A program made the translations under genes and the position numbers. Below, one piece after another: positions 37,663-47,442 of a stretch of DNA of 64,000 bases. The DNA is taken from contig JAHJDH010000033.1 of NCBI GenBank assembly GCA_018812625.1, positions 3,622 to 67,621 of the forward strand. The letters are read 5' to 3'. Within the stretch, counting starts at the first letter, position 1. Each line of letters starts with the position of its first letter. The notes below the pieces were generated by a model that saw nothing but the letters and a program-made list of their open reading frames with translations, was not told where the DNA came from and did not search any database. Source of the stretch: Candidatus Micrarchaeota archaeon. GTDB lineage: Archaea > Micrarchaeota > Micrarchaeia > Anstonellales > Bilamarchaeaceae.

Positions 37663-39039
37663 TTGAATATGGTTGAACTCAGAGAAGAAAGACCACTTAA
37701 AGATTATGACTCCGAATTTCTCGACAAACTTAGAGCAGACATTGGAAATGGAATCCTTCAAATATATCTCCATGAATACTCCGAATTACTACCTGAGCAA
37801 CGGAGATTAAAGGACGCGATAGGATCCAATTTTCTGGAACGCATTTGTGGTGCAGATTTAGAAAAATTAAAAAAAATTCATTATTGTATCCGTCGCTCAT
37901 ATGTCGAAGAGTTCAATAGAGAATTAGAAGCATATTTCAGAAATATTGTACATAAAACATCTAACAGAGTATATCCAAGAAAAGGATTTGTTCGTGGTAA
38001 AATTGAATGGAAACGTACTTTTGAAGGTCGACTCTGCCAGGGCAAAGATATGTCACTATTTTTTTGTAAAGAAATTGAGAAAGATTATGACCTGCCAGAG
38101 AATCTTATTCTAAAATTTTTGCTGTTAAAAATCGACTCATATATCTCAAGTTCTAAATTAGTTAAAGAAGGTGATGAAAATATTGAAGAGTGGAAGGTAG
38201 CACTAGCGAAATTAAAACATTTGATTGATAGGATAAAGAAAAATGTATATTTCAAAGAAATCGGCAAGAACTTATCACTGGGTGAATTGGAGCAAGCGAT
38301 CGGTTCCAGAACAGAATATTTGGCAAAAAATTCACGAAGTAAGTTTATCAGAGAACAACTCATTTCCCGTGCCTACGCCGAATATAAAATGCTCATGGTT
38401 TATAACTATTCCAACACACTTGATGAAGTTATCAAAAAAACAATCCTAAGTCCGAAAAACAATTCCCGTCTTTATGAATTATTCGCATTGAATTGCTTAC
38501 TACTTAATTTTATACAGTATACGAAGAAGGGCGACCTAAAACCTTTCAGAGGAACTGGGGATCAAATAGTTAGTTTTGAATTGCCTAAGTCAAATACTCT
38601 GGTATATATCTACGACAATACGCTTCCAACAAATTTCGTGGGAAAAGTTTACCCTAACTTGAAAAAGAGATATTTCCCAGGTACTGATCTAAATTCAGTT
38701 GACGAACAATCTAGAAGACCAGATATAATCATAGAACTAGTATCTACAAAAAATGGCACCGTTAAACGGGAATATATAATATTAGAAGTAAAATTAACGC
38801 GAGATAAGGGGTATATCAAAGAGTCTTTGTATAAAGTAATGGGGTATCTGTATGACTTTTATTTCAATGAAAAAGATATGTTCGCAAAACAGGCGATTCT
38901 TTTAGTTCATGAATGGGAAGAGCAAAGAAATATTGTAGATTCATCATACCCAATAATTTTGTTGAACTATATGAACTATAATGAGAGCATTAAGGAAATA
39001 GTTTTACATTTAACCCATAAACGTCTTAACATATTGTAA
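37663..39039 (+). CDS. mcrC: McrC-like PD-(D/E)XK nuclease partner
   Basis: VRGKIEWKRT, YDLPENLILK, LYELF, RPDIII..ILEVK; directly after mcrB. Confidence 0.8.
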   Translation: MNMVELREERPLKDYDSEFLDKLRADIGNGILQIYLHEYSELLPEQRRLKDAIGSNFLERICGADLEKLKKIHYCIRRSYVEEFNRELEAYFRNIVHKTSNRVYPRKGFVRGKIEWKRTFEGRLCQGKDMSLFFCKEIEKDYDLPENLILKFLLLKIDSYISSSKLVKEGDENIEEWKVALAKLKHLIDRIKKNVYFKEIGKNLSLGELEQAIGSRTEYLAKNSRSKFIREQLISRAYAEYKMLMVYNYSNTLDEVIKKTILSPKNNSRLYELFALNCLLLNFIQYTKKGDLKPFRGTGDQIVSFELPKSNTLVYIYDNTLPTNFVGKVYPNLKKRYFPGTDLNSVDEQSRRPDIIIELVSTKNGTVKREYIILEVKLTRDKGYIKESLYKVMGYLYDFYFNEKDMFAKQAILLVHEWEEQRNIVDSSYPIILLNYMNYNESIKEIVLHLTHKRLNIL

Positions 39040-39070
39040 TATATTTGACTAGCAACGAATGCATTGTTCA

Positions 39071-40681
39071 CTATTGATTTTCTTCTATCTTTTTTTGAAC
39101 TAATGGTAAAAAGCAACTTTCGTAAATTCTTTTTGAAGCAGTAGATCCATAAGAATCTATTTTTGTCGGAAGTAATGTTTCTTTTTTGCTATAAAGTGCT
39201 TCAATGAATTTACCAAATGAACGTTCAAGATCAGACTGATTATCCTTGTAGAATTGTCGCAATTTTAAAAATACTCCAAATCCAGCATTTGATTTATAAA
39301 AATCTTCGAAATCCTTTTCACAAATATATTTCAAAGTTGCTAGATCAGATGAAAGTCCTTTAGAAAATTCAATTATTTTATTGTCCTCCTCCCCATTGTC
39401 ATTTATTAATTTTCTAAACTGAGGATCTGATTTTAAAGCGGTCACAAGACCAATAATTGTTGGTGTTTCCCTTGTCCTTTTTATGCCTACTGTCTTGTGG
39501 GTGTAAATTTGATTTTTTAGCACTGAGTCATTATTCATGTTCAAGTACAGTATGATTTTCGAAGCAATTTTTTTAGCAAAAAGTCTGTTTTTTCTGCTTA
39601 TCGACATTCCTATAAGAAGAACACAAACGAGATTCGGATCAACAGTTTTCTGAGTCGAATTAATATCAATGAACATTTGCATCTCATCTTCGTCACTCAA
39701 ATTATCAAAAATTACAACTGGTAATCTATTCCCTTCTCTTTGTTCAACTTTTAATTTTGCAAAGCCACAGACCCTATGCTGTCCATCTATTATCTTGAAA
39801 GATAGGTATGATTCTGGGACTCTAATTTTGACTGGAACTACGGGGTCATTTTCCTGTATGTTTTCACTTTCCTTAAGTTTTAAGGTATATCGACTTAATG
39901 CCACGTCAGATTTCAATATTATTGCATTTGGGAAAAGATGGTGGTGGTTGGAATTCTCGACATATTTCCAAATGTCCTTGATTTTTGATTCTTCTAAGAA
40001 TCTTTGATATCCTCCGATTTCATCTTCGAATGCCGATCTACGATGAACATATGCATTTTTTAAAAGGAATTCTGGTGAGAGAGATGCAACATAAAAAACA
40101 TGTCCATATCTATTCCTTATCTTTAATGCAGGTTCTGTGGAATTTTTTTCTTTAATTTTTTTCATTTTCATTGCTTTAAGTAGATTAAACCTGGCAAATT
40201 CCCCTAGAATCTTCTTATAATACATTAATTCATCTAATGATCCTTTGTTGAGTATGTAATTGTCATCATTTTCTAATACTCCTTTGTCGTCAATTTCTTT
40301 GCTTTTTTTCCAATAAATATCATCATACTTTAGGTCGACAAAAAGACGTTTAACCCTTAAAGTTTTTGGTATCTGCGGGTATTTTTCCAATACAGCTTCA
40401 AGGTATTCCTTTTTTGACCATTTTAGAAAAAAATCTTCTGCTTTAGCAAAACATTTTTCTTCCTGGTCTGTTACCTCCACAAGGATAATATAATCATCAT
40501 CACAAATGAAGATAGCGTCTAACTGGCCTACTGTTCTTCCTTTGTGGACAATGCTGCAACCTTTTCCACCGTCTAAGAAACCAAAACCAATTTCAACTAA
40601 AAATTCTGATACTTTGTATTCTGACAAAACATCAAAATCACTTTCAGAAAATTCTTTTTCTAAATACTTAGATCTTACCAT
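39071..40681 (-). CDS. DGQHR (DndB/ParB-like) domain protein with N-terminal restriction-endonuclease-like fold
   Basis: GYQR, FPNAII, IIDGQHR, MFIDINSTQKTV; N-terminal QLDAIF..ILVEVT. Confidence 0.85.
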   Translation of the reverse strand: MVRSKYLEKEFSESDFDVLSEYKVSEFLVEIGFGFLDGGKGCSIVHKGRTVGQLDAIFICDDDYIILVEVTDQEEKCFAKAEDFFLKWSKKEYLEAVLEKYPQIPKTLRVKRLFVDLKYDDIYWKKSKEIDDKGVLENDDNYILNKGSLDELMYYKKILGEFARFNLLKAMKMKKIKEKNSTEPALKIRNRYGHVFYVASLSPEFLLKNAYVHRRSAFEDEIGGYQRFLEESKIKDIWKYVENSNHHHLFPNAIILKSDVALSRYTLKLKESENIQENDPVVPVKIRVPESYLSFKIIDGQHRVCGFAKLKVEQREGNRLPVVIFDNLSDEDEMQMFIDINSTQKTVDPNLVCVLLIGMSISRKNRLFAKKIASKIILYLNMNNDSVLKNQIYTHKTVGIKRTRETPTIIGLVTALKSDPQFRKLINDNGEEDNKIIEFSKGLSSDLATLKYICEKDFEDFYKSNAGFGVFLKLRQFYKDNQSDLERSFGKFIEALYSKKETLLPTKIDSYGSTASKRIYESCFLPLVQKKIEENQ

Positions 40682-40851
40682 TCTCTTTCCTCAGATGTTT
40701 TACTGTTGCTGATCTGTTATATTAGGCTAATTTCATAATGATTGTAAGGCTATATATAACTTATTATAATCCACTTCTATGACTTGTCAAATATGTTATT
40801 AATCAATGATTTCATGTGAAGTATTATTATCTTTTAGGCTGATTTCCCTCT

Positions 40852-41907
40852 ATGCGTTCTCCTGTCTCCAAATTTGACCATGTACAAGTTGTCAAATATG
40901 CTGGCAACAAGGCAAAATTATTAGGTCACCTGATCCCAATCATCACAAAAATTCTTGCACCAAATCAAACTCTTCTTGATCTTTTTGCCGGAACCCATGC
41001 TGTTGGTTATGCCCTTAAGACTAGAAATCGGATAATCGGCAATGATGTTCAAGCATATGGTTGGGCTATAGGAAAAGGAATATTGGAAAGTAATTATTCG
41101 CTCTCAACCGAATCAGCAAAAGATGAAATCTTAAGTATGTTTGATGATTTTGATTATGAAAAATATCATCTGTTTTCTGAAATATATTCAAATACTTACT
41201 TCGGTAAAAAACAATGTCTTGAGGTAGATAAATTAAAATTTGCGATTGATAACTCCAATATTCCAACCAAGAAGAAGTTTTCCTATTTATGTTGTCTTAT
41301 GTACTCTATGGGTCAAAATGCCTCTACTACTGGTTATTTTGCACAATATCTACCTCGAGAAAAAACAAAACAACAAAAATCTAGAAGTATCATAGACCAC
41401 TTCTTAAAAAAATGCAATTCTTTTAACCTTGTAAAAGGATCGTCCAGAAACATTTCTTTGAAATATGATTACAAAAAATTATTTTCTGATAAAAGACTTA
41501 CTCACTACATTGAAGATAGTGCTGTTATCTATGCAGATCCCCCATACTCTCAGGCGCACTATTCTCGTTATTATCATATTCTTGAAACGTTGGTTGAATA
41601 TGACTATCCAAAAACATCTTACAAGGGACTTTATAGGCCTGGACGTTTTCTGAGTGATTTTTGCAGAAAATCAACTGTTGAGAAAGAATTTCAAAGAATG
41701 TTTTCATCTATTGCAACTCATGACAAAAAACTTGTTTTGTCCTATGTCAATTCTGGAAGTGGTTTGTTGCCTGAGAAAAAACTACTTGAAATTGCATCTA
41801 CTGAATTTAGTAATGTTTCTGAGCCCATAAGATTTAACTATCACCATTCTCGGTTGGGCAATGGAAAACCTCTCAAGGTAGAGGAATATGTGCTTGTTTG
41901 TCATTAA
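40852..41907 (+). CDS. DNA adenine methyltransferase (D12/Dam-like class)
   Basis: KYAGNK, DLFAGT, NDVQ, IYADPPY, YSRYYHILETL. Confidence 0.9.
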   Translation: MRSPVSKFDHVQVVKYAGNKAKLLGHLIPIITKILAPNQTLLDLFAGTHAVGYALKTRNRIIGNDVQAYGWAIGKGILESNYSLSTESAKDEILSMFDDFDYEKYHLFSEIYSNTYFGKKQCLEVDKLKFAIDNSNIPTKKKFSYLCCLMYSMGQNASTTGYFAQYLPREKTKQQKSRSIIDHFLKKCNSFNLVKGSSRNISLKYDYKKLFSDKRLTHYIEDSAVIYADPPYSQAHYSRYYHILETLVEYDYPKTSYKGLYRPGRFLSDFCRKSTVEKEFQRMFSSIATHDKKLVLSYVNSGSGLLPEKKLLEIASTEFSNVSEPIRFNYHHSRLGNGKPLKVEEYVLVCH

Positions 41908-42019
41908 TCCATAGTACTACTTTTTGACAGTCTAATCTTACACACATATCCAAAAATAGATACTTTTATAAATCATTTGTTGCATATTAATGTCATTAGC
42001 AAAATGTTAATGTGATTAA

Positions 42020-42253
42020 ATGGTAAAACCAAGAGTTGAAAATGAATCTAAAAGCGATAAATTCAAAAGGATAGCCACTATGAGAACTAGGAAAATTATT
42101 GATGCCATTAGGCTTCTTGGAAATTGTTCGAATACCTCGACCTATGGGTATACTGATGAAGATGTGAAAGCAATCTACAACGCCATTGAAAAAGAGATTA
42201 AACGGACCAAGGTACTTTTTCAAAAGAAAGTTGATGATGATTTTTCATTATAG
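42020..42253 (+). CDS. Small conserved helical hypothetical protein
   Basis: KFKRIATMRT..IRLLGNCSNTSTYGYTDEDV..I.NAIEKE; TTTATAAA upstream; first gene of operon. Confidence 0.75.
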   Translation: MVKPRVENESKSDKFKRIATMRTRKIIDAIRLLGNCSNTSTYGYTDEDVKAIYNAIEKEIKRTKVLFQKKVDDDFSL

Positions 42254-42262
42254 GTGATTTGA

Positions 42263-44032
42263 TTGACTAAAAAAATAAAGATTTTAGAAAAACCTACTGA
42301 TTCCCAAAGACAGGAGATATTGATGAGAATCTCCCAATTATATAATCATCCAGAATATGTCGTTTATGAATACATTCAAAACTCTATTGACAGTGCTTTT
42401 GAAATTAAGGACAAAGAACCTTCATATGATACAAGAAAAATATTAGTGCATATCGATTATTCTAAAAAACAGTTTATCATTCAGGATAACTGTGCTGGTA
42501 TGGATGAAGAAGAGATTGAAAACCTTCCAAATAGCGTCTTTCAATCTAGGAAAAAGAGATCTCCTTGGATAACTGGGGAATTTGGGTATGGAATTCAATC
42601 CTTTAGGGCTTGGTTCGACGAAATCCTTATTGTTTCAAAGGCAAGTGACCAATCAAAGGCAACAGCTATCATCTTTAATCAAAGTGTCGATGCTGAAATA
42701 GATGAAAAAAAGAAATTGCCTGATTTTGGAGCTGTTTACCCAGTTAGGGCTAGTTCAATAAACTACAAAAGACCGACCGGAACTGATGTTTGGATAAAAG
42801 GAATTAGAAAAAAATTACGGAAAAAATCTTTTGACTTTATTGCAAAAAACCTTTTTACATTGATCCCTATCCACTTTGAAGATGCTCTTGAATCTGGATT
42901 GGTAGAAATCCAGATTTATGACTGGAAACGTAGATCTGGAAAATTCTTTCCACGTGTTTACCAATTAAATCCACTGAGACTTTCAGATATCCCAGGAGAA
43001 GACATATCTGGAACTATAAATGATAACTCTGGTAAAAAACTTGCTAGTTATCACTTTAAAATTGTCGAACCTATCTACTTCAACAAAACACCAGAGATCA
43101 AGGATTACAAACCAAGGTTAAGTAGGCTTGGTACTGAACTCGGAAAACTAAGTCGCTTAAAAAGCCTCCAAGATTTTGGTAGATCGAACGATGTAGATCT
43201 ATTGATCTGGGATAGGCCTGAATTAATCGGAAAAATAAATATAGAAAGAAAAATCCCCATCCGCATTGACAGGACTGATTTAGAACCATCATTGGAAAGT
43301 CAAGTATTGTTTGATAAAATTGCAGAATTAACCCTCCAAATCCAAGAAAAATTTGATGAAATGGATAAAAGGAAACTCGAAGAACATGAAGAATCACTTT
43401 CAGAGATAATGTCCGATGTTTTTACTGACCTCTCAAAAGAGTTAGATGCTGATTTATTTGGACGAAAAAGAAAAATACGCAGTTCTAGCGGCTTAATAAC
43501 TTCTATGATAGAAACTGGTGCTGGATTTGTTCTTGGTAACAAAGATTTCCATGGAGACGGATCTCAAAAAGGAGACGTGTCTTCTCAAATTGATGATTCA
43601 GGAAAAGAAGGTATCGAATCAACTATATCTGATGAAAAAACCCCATCTCCTTCAGAAGAAGGTACTGGACAAATGCCATATAAAGATATAAAACAAAGAG
43701 GCATGGGCGTGGAATTCAAACCTCTTGGTACTACTCAACCTCCATCAAATGTTTGGGGAGATAGAATGATAGTAGTCAATACCGAACATCCATTTTACCG
43801 TGAAAGACTTACTGAACATAAGAGCAAAATTATTACAAAAAGACTTATAGCTTACCTAGCTATTGTAACTACTCCATGGTTCCTTGATAAATATTGGAAT
43901 AAAAGAGGTGTAGAGCCTGAAAGTACCGATAAAATTCAAAAAATTGTCGAGACGATAGCGAGAGTAGAAAAAATACTTTGGGATAAAAGAGAACTCATAA
44001 AGAAAAAAGTTGCAGAGGTAGAAGATGTTTGA
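42263..44032 (+). CDS. MORC/GHKL-type ATPase (HATPase_c_3-like)
   Basis: EYIQNSIDS (ExxxNxxD), IQDNCAGM, GEFGYG, TGTDV; C-terminal VNTEHPFY; AGGTGA before TTG. Confidence 0.85.
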   Translation: MTKKIKILEKPTDSQRQEILMRISQLYNHPEYVVYEYIQNSIDSAFEIKDKEPSYDTRKILVHIDYSKKQFIIQDNCAGMDEEEIENLPNSVFQSRKKRSPWITGEFGYGIQSFRAWFDEILIVSKASDQSKATAIIFNQSVDAEIDEKKKLPDFGAVYPVRASSINYKRPTGTDVWIKGIRKKLRKKSFDFIAKNLFTLIPIHFEDALESGLVEIQIYDWKRRSGKFFPRVYQLNPLRLSDIPGEDISGTINDNSGKKLASYHFKIVEPIYFNKTPEIKDYKPRLSRLGTELGKLSRLKSLQDFGRSNDVDLLIWDRPELIGKINIERKIPIRIDRTDLEPSLESQVLFDKIAELTLQIQEKFDEMDKRKLEEHEESLSEIMSDVFTDLSKELDADLFGRKRKIRSSSGLITSMIETGAGFVLGNKDFHGDGSQKGDVSSQIDDSGKEGIESTISDEKTPSPSEEGTGQMPYKDIKQRGMGVEFKPLGTTQPPSNVWGDRMIVVNTEHPFYRERLTEHKSKIITKRLIAYLAIVTTPWFLDKYWNKRGVEPESTDKIQKIVETIARVEKILWDKRELIKKKVAEVEDV

Positions 44033-44777
44033 TAAAACAGTTCTCGTAAAACTCCAAAAACTTGCAAGTGAATATAAAAGGGCGGATCTGCCAAATACTA
44101 AAATTAGCAAACTATGGGAAATTGGAGATTATCTTATAAAAATTGGTTTAACCTCACAAGGGGATTTTTGGAAAATTCAGAAACAAGACGTTTTTGTTAG
44201 TAGGGCCATCCTGCTTAGATCATATTGGGTCCGAAAAGCATTTACTAAGTCCGAAGTGGAAAAAATAAATCTAAATATCTCAAAAATTTTACCAGTCCTT
44301 CCTTATCTTGCTCCAAAATCAAAAAAATTATCTCCAAAGGAAAAACAAGTGATCAAGAAGAAAATATTACATAATGAAATCCCCACTGGAATAAAATTAG
44401 CCAAAAAATCTAAACAAAGAAAAATAGAAACTCTGGAACTTGTAAAAAGACTTAATCTCTTGATAAAAACTATTGAATCTGAAAAAATTAGTCTCTTTAA
44501 GAAACAATATCCAAAACAAAATTTTGAACATTTGAAGAGGCAAATTATTGATCTACTTCAGGGCGCTTTACCAACCGAAAAACACACAGATTCCTTAGAG
44601 CATGCAAAAAGCTTTGCCTTAAATATCGATCCTCAACTCTCTGAAATATTCGATATCTTATACATTGCAGCAAAAAAAACAAGGACGGACTCAAGACGCA
44701 TGCAAAAAAGAGTTTTTGACCCATATCTGATTTCTCCTTTTGTGGATCAACTCTTCTTCAAAAAGAAAGAAATCTGA
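44025..44777 (+). CDS. Basic hypothetical protein (LWEIG motif resembling DUF1016 N-terminus)
   Basis: Overlaps ATPase stop; KLWEIGDYL; very Lys-rich. Confidence 0.6.
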   Translation: MFDKTVLVKLQKLASEYKRADLPNTKISKLWEIGDYLIKIGLTSQGDFWKIQKQDVFVSRAILLRSYWVRKAFTKSEVEKINLNISKILPVLPYLAPKSKKLSPKEKQVIKKKILHNEIPTGIKLAKKSKQRKIETLELVKRLNLLIKTIESEKISLFKKQYPKQNFEHLKRQIIDLLQGALPTEKHTDSLEHAKSFALNIDPQLSEIFDILYIAAKKTRTDSRRMQKRVFDPYLISPFVDQLFFKKKEI

Positions 44778-44834
44778 GAATCTTTCTCATCAATATGACT
44801 AAAAATTGTGACTTCTTTCATTTATTGTGATAAC

Positions 44835-45728
44835 ATGAATAACTATTGGATATTTGTGGTAAATGACTGGAAAGATTCATCTGGTCACAAGCACAAGGCA
44901 AATGAAATTTTTGATACTCTGAAAGTAGATAAAGTTTGGGGTATTGGAGAGCGTACTCCAAATAGAAAGAATTTGTCTTCTGGAGATAAAGTTGTTTTTT
45001 ATCAAGCAGGTTCAAATGGACAAAGATTTCTTGGTCATGGAACCTTATCATCTAAATGTAAACATTTTTCTAAAGATTCTCATTATTCTGAAAAAACTAA
45101 TAATATCATTTACGAATGGGGTAACATTGTTACATTCGAAGATTTTGATGCTTTTGAACAATCAAAACCTCTTTCAGATCTGGCCGAAAACTTGGATTTC
45201 ATTGTAAAAAAGGAAATGGCTGCGGCTTATTTTCAAAGTGGTGTCAGATCAATAACAAAGACTGATTTTGACATGATTGTTTCTGAAGATCTTGTTAAAA
45301 TATCTCAAAAAGGCCAAGAAGAAGGTATTGAAGATAAAGGTTTGTTCGTTCTTGAGAAATATCTCCAAGATTTTATTGTTAGTAATTGGGATAACATCGA
45401 TTTTGGTCAAAAACTTCGTATTTATCAAGATGATGATGGAAATCCTGGTCCGCAATATACTACTGATGTGGGTTATATAGATATCTTAGCAATTGATGAA
45501 AAAAATAATTTTGTTGTAATCGAACTGAAAAAAGGACGTGAGAGCGACAAAGTTGTAGGTCAGTTACTCAGATATATCGGCTGGGTAAAAAAGAATTTGG
45601 CAACCAAAGACCAAGGTGTTCAAGGAATTATAATCTGTAAAGATCTTGATGAAAAACTTGAATATGCCGTATCTGCAGTTTCAAACATTTCGATAAAACG
45701 GTATAGTATGAGCTTTAAATTACTCTAA
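44835..45728 (+). CDS. EVE-domain/NucS-like PD-(D/E)XK endonuclease
   Basis: NYWIFV..VWG..NLSSGDKVVFY (EVE); LEKYLQDFI, GYIDILA, VVIELKK, VVGQLLRY.GWV. Confidence 0.85.
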   Translation: MNNYWIFVVNDWKDSSGHKHKANEIFDTLKVDKVWGIGERTPNRKNLSSGDKVVFYQAGSNGQRFLGHGTLSSKCKHFSKDSHYSEKTNNIIYEWGNIVTFEDFDAFEQSKPLSDLAENLDFIVKKEMAAAYFQSGVRSITKTDFDMIVSEDLVKISQKGQEEGIEDKGLFVLEKYLQDFIVSNWDNIDFGQKLRIYQDDDGNPGPQYTTDVGYIDILAIDEKNNFVVIELKKGRESDKVVGQLLRYIGWVKKNLATKDQGVQGIIICKDLDEKLEYAVSAVSNISIKRYSMSFKLL

Positions 45729-45736
45729 TCTCTCTC

Positions 45737-45946
45737 GGCAAAACGGATTTAATGCCCAAGCCTTGCCAGTTCGGTGCTTTGCACACGAAGACAATAAAAC
45801 CGTTTTGCCTTGGTTTCCTGTCTTTCTTCAATTCTAATTTTCTAAATGCCTAGTTGAAACCTCGGAAGTTTACTCGCTTCATCATCAGCCCTGTAATGGT
45901 GCGGGCTTCGAGTGAAGCTCGCTTGAATAACTTCCTCGACAGGAGA
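45737..45946. ncRNA. Candidate structured non-coding element upstream of four-helix-bundle gene
   Basis: GGCAAAACGG/CCGTTTTGCC; TCCTGTC/GACAGGA enclosing GGAAGTT/AACTTCC, GCTTCA/TGAAGC, AGCCC/GGGCT. Confidence 0.45.
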
Positions 45947-45972
45947 GTTCGGGGAAGAGCAGGTGATGAAAA

Positions 45973-46050
45973 ATGAATGTAGGAAATTTCGAAGGAGTTT
46001 GGGAAGGAGAATGTTATCGGTGCTGGTTTGAAAAGAAGGTGGAAGAATGA
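45973..46050 (+). CDS. Putative 25-aa CxxC peptide
   Basis: MNVGNFEGVWEGECYRCWFEKKVEE*; AGGTGA upstream; ATGA coupling to next gene. Confidence 0.4.
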   Translation: MNVGNFEGVWEGECYRCWFEKKVEE

Positions 46051-46400
46051 CGCAAAATTTCAAGAATCTGAAAGTATATGGAGAATCATTTAGATTATCT
46101 AAAGATCTCTACCTTTTCTTTCATGATAAAAAAATGTCTTTTAGAACAAAAGAGCAAGTGTTAGCCTCAGCTTCTTCAATCTGTGCAAATCTAGCTGAAA
46201 TGGCTGCATTTGACTCAAAAGGAGCAATCAAGCAGAAGGTTACAACTTGCATTGGAGAATGCAATGAAACTGAATATTGGCTTGATTTGATGCACGAGTT
46301 AAAGATTCTGCCTCAAAGAGAGCATATTGATTTTCTTGGGAGACTTGTGAAAATCCGGAGTATGCTCTTCAATTTGAAAAGAAGTGTGGAAGGTGGTTGA
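46047..46400 (+). CDS. Four-helix-bundle protein (23S rRNA IVP/Avd-like family)
   Basis: FKNLKVY, QVLASASSICANLAE, GECNETEYWL, MLFNLKRS. Confidence 0.88.
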   Translation: MTQNFKNLKVYGESFRLSKDLYLFFHDKKMSFRTKEQVLASASSICANLAEMAAFDSKGAIKQKVTTCIGECNETEYWLDLMHELKILPQREHIDFLGRLVKIRSMLFNLKRSVEGG

Positions 46401-46475
46401 ATGTAATAATCTGGAAATAATGAATGAAAACTCCCAAGGTTGCTCCTATGCTTTGCATAGCTGGTCAGGAAGATA

Positions 46476-47195
46476 CTATCGCTTCACTAGTGTTTTTGAT
46501 TCATCCTTGATGATCTTGTTCATTTTTCCTATCATTATGTCAATAATACTAATAGCTTCATCAAAGCCTTTATCATGACTGCTCAGAAAAGAAAGCTCTG
46601 CATCATTGATTATTTTATCTAATGATTTGTATCTTAGAAGTACTCTATCTAATATGGGTTCATCATATTTTACTCTGCGTCCAATTTTTTCATCCTTCAA
46701 CAATATATCCTGGAGTTCTCCATATTCTTGAGTAAGCTTTTCATTTACTTTTGAAAATTTCTTTCTCTCCTCCTCATTTATCTTTATGAACTTTCTTTGT
46801 TTTGCTATTGCTTTATCAACCATTTTTCTTAATTTAATTAAATTTTTCTTAAATGCAAGTAATTTCGCCCTATTAGATTTTGCTTCTTCAGGCGTGTACC
46901 CTCTATTAACCGCATTATTTTTTTCTTTGACAGTTGTTTTTTCTGTAAATTTCTTTTTAGGCTGCCCTTTTGTTTGTTCTCTTGTTTGACCTTTGAAAAA
47001 TGAAGGTATCTCTATTTTTTCAAACTTTTCTAGGTGTAAAGTTATCCCGCCGAAAATTATTAGTACGATCGAATAAATGCCATTTACTCCCAACTTACCT
47101 TCCACGAGTGATACTAGTAAAACTGCCACTCCCACAAGGAAGGTAATTATTGAAATTAGTACTTGCGACCATTCCTTAATTATTTCCAAATCCAT
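46476..47195 (-). CDS. Hypothetical protein, two N-terminal TM helices plus helical domain
   Basis: 239-aa ORF with hydrophobic N-terminus. Confidence 0.65.
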   Translation of the reverse strand: MDLEIIKEWSQVLISIITFLVGVAVLLVSLVEGKLGVNGIYSIVLIIFGGITLHLEKFEKIEIPSFFKGQTREQTKGQPKKKFTEKTTVKEKNNAVNRGYTPEEAKSNRAKLLAFKKNLIKLRKMVDKAIAKQRKFIKINEEERKKFSKVNEKLTQEYGELQDILLKDEKIGRRVKYDEPILDRVLLRYKSLDKIINDAELSFLSSHDKGFDEAISIIDIMIGKMNKIIKDESKTLVKR

Positions 47196-47200
47196 TTACT

Positions 47201-47335
47201 CTACCTTGCAACCAATAAATAAAGTCCAATAAGCACAAGGCCTAATGGTACAACTGGCTCTTGTGTTTGTATATATACGACAATTCCACTTGTAACTATT
47301 AAGGCACCAATCACATGAATTGTAATTCTTCTCAT
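47201..47335 (-). CDS. Small two-TM membrane protein (44 aa; not in ORF track)
   Basis: MRRITIHVIGALIVTSGIVVYIQTQEPVVPLGLVLIGLYLLVAR*; ends 5 nt before next gene. Confidence 0.5.
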   Translation of the reverse strand: MRRITIHVIGALIVTSGIVVYIQTQEPVVPLGLVLIGLYLLVAR

Positions 47336-47442
47336 GCTTAACGAATTAGAGAAACTCTTTTTTAAATAGAATCAAATAACCTAATGTCATAAGGTGAAAA
47401 GAAATGAAATCTGCAAAAAAGAAGTTCAGAAAGCAGCAAAAC

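Noticed and set aside
39071..40681. Dnd phosphorothioation or Dpd system
   Set aside because: Only the DGQHR gene is present; no dndC/D/E or dpdA-like genes nearby.
45860..45900. Hammerhead ribozyme (CTGATGA on minus strand)
   Set aside because: No correctly placed GAAA after the putative stem II and no stem III/UH site.
46047..46400. Diversity-generating retroelement suggested by the Avd-like gene
   Set aside because: No reverse transcriptase and no TR/VR repeat pair seen in the window.
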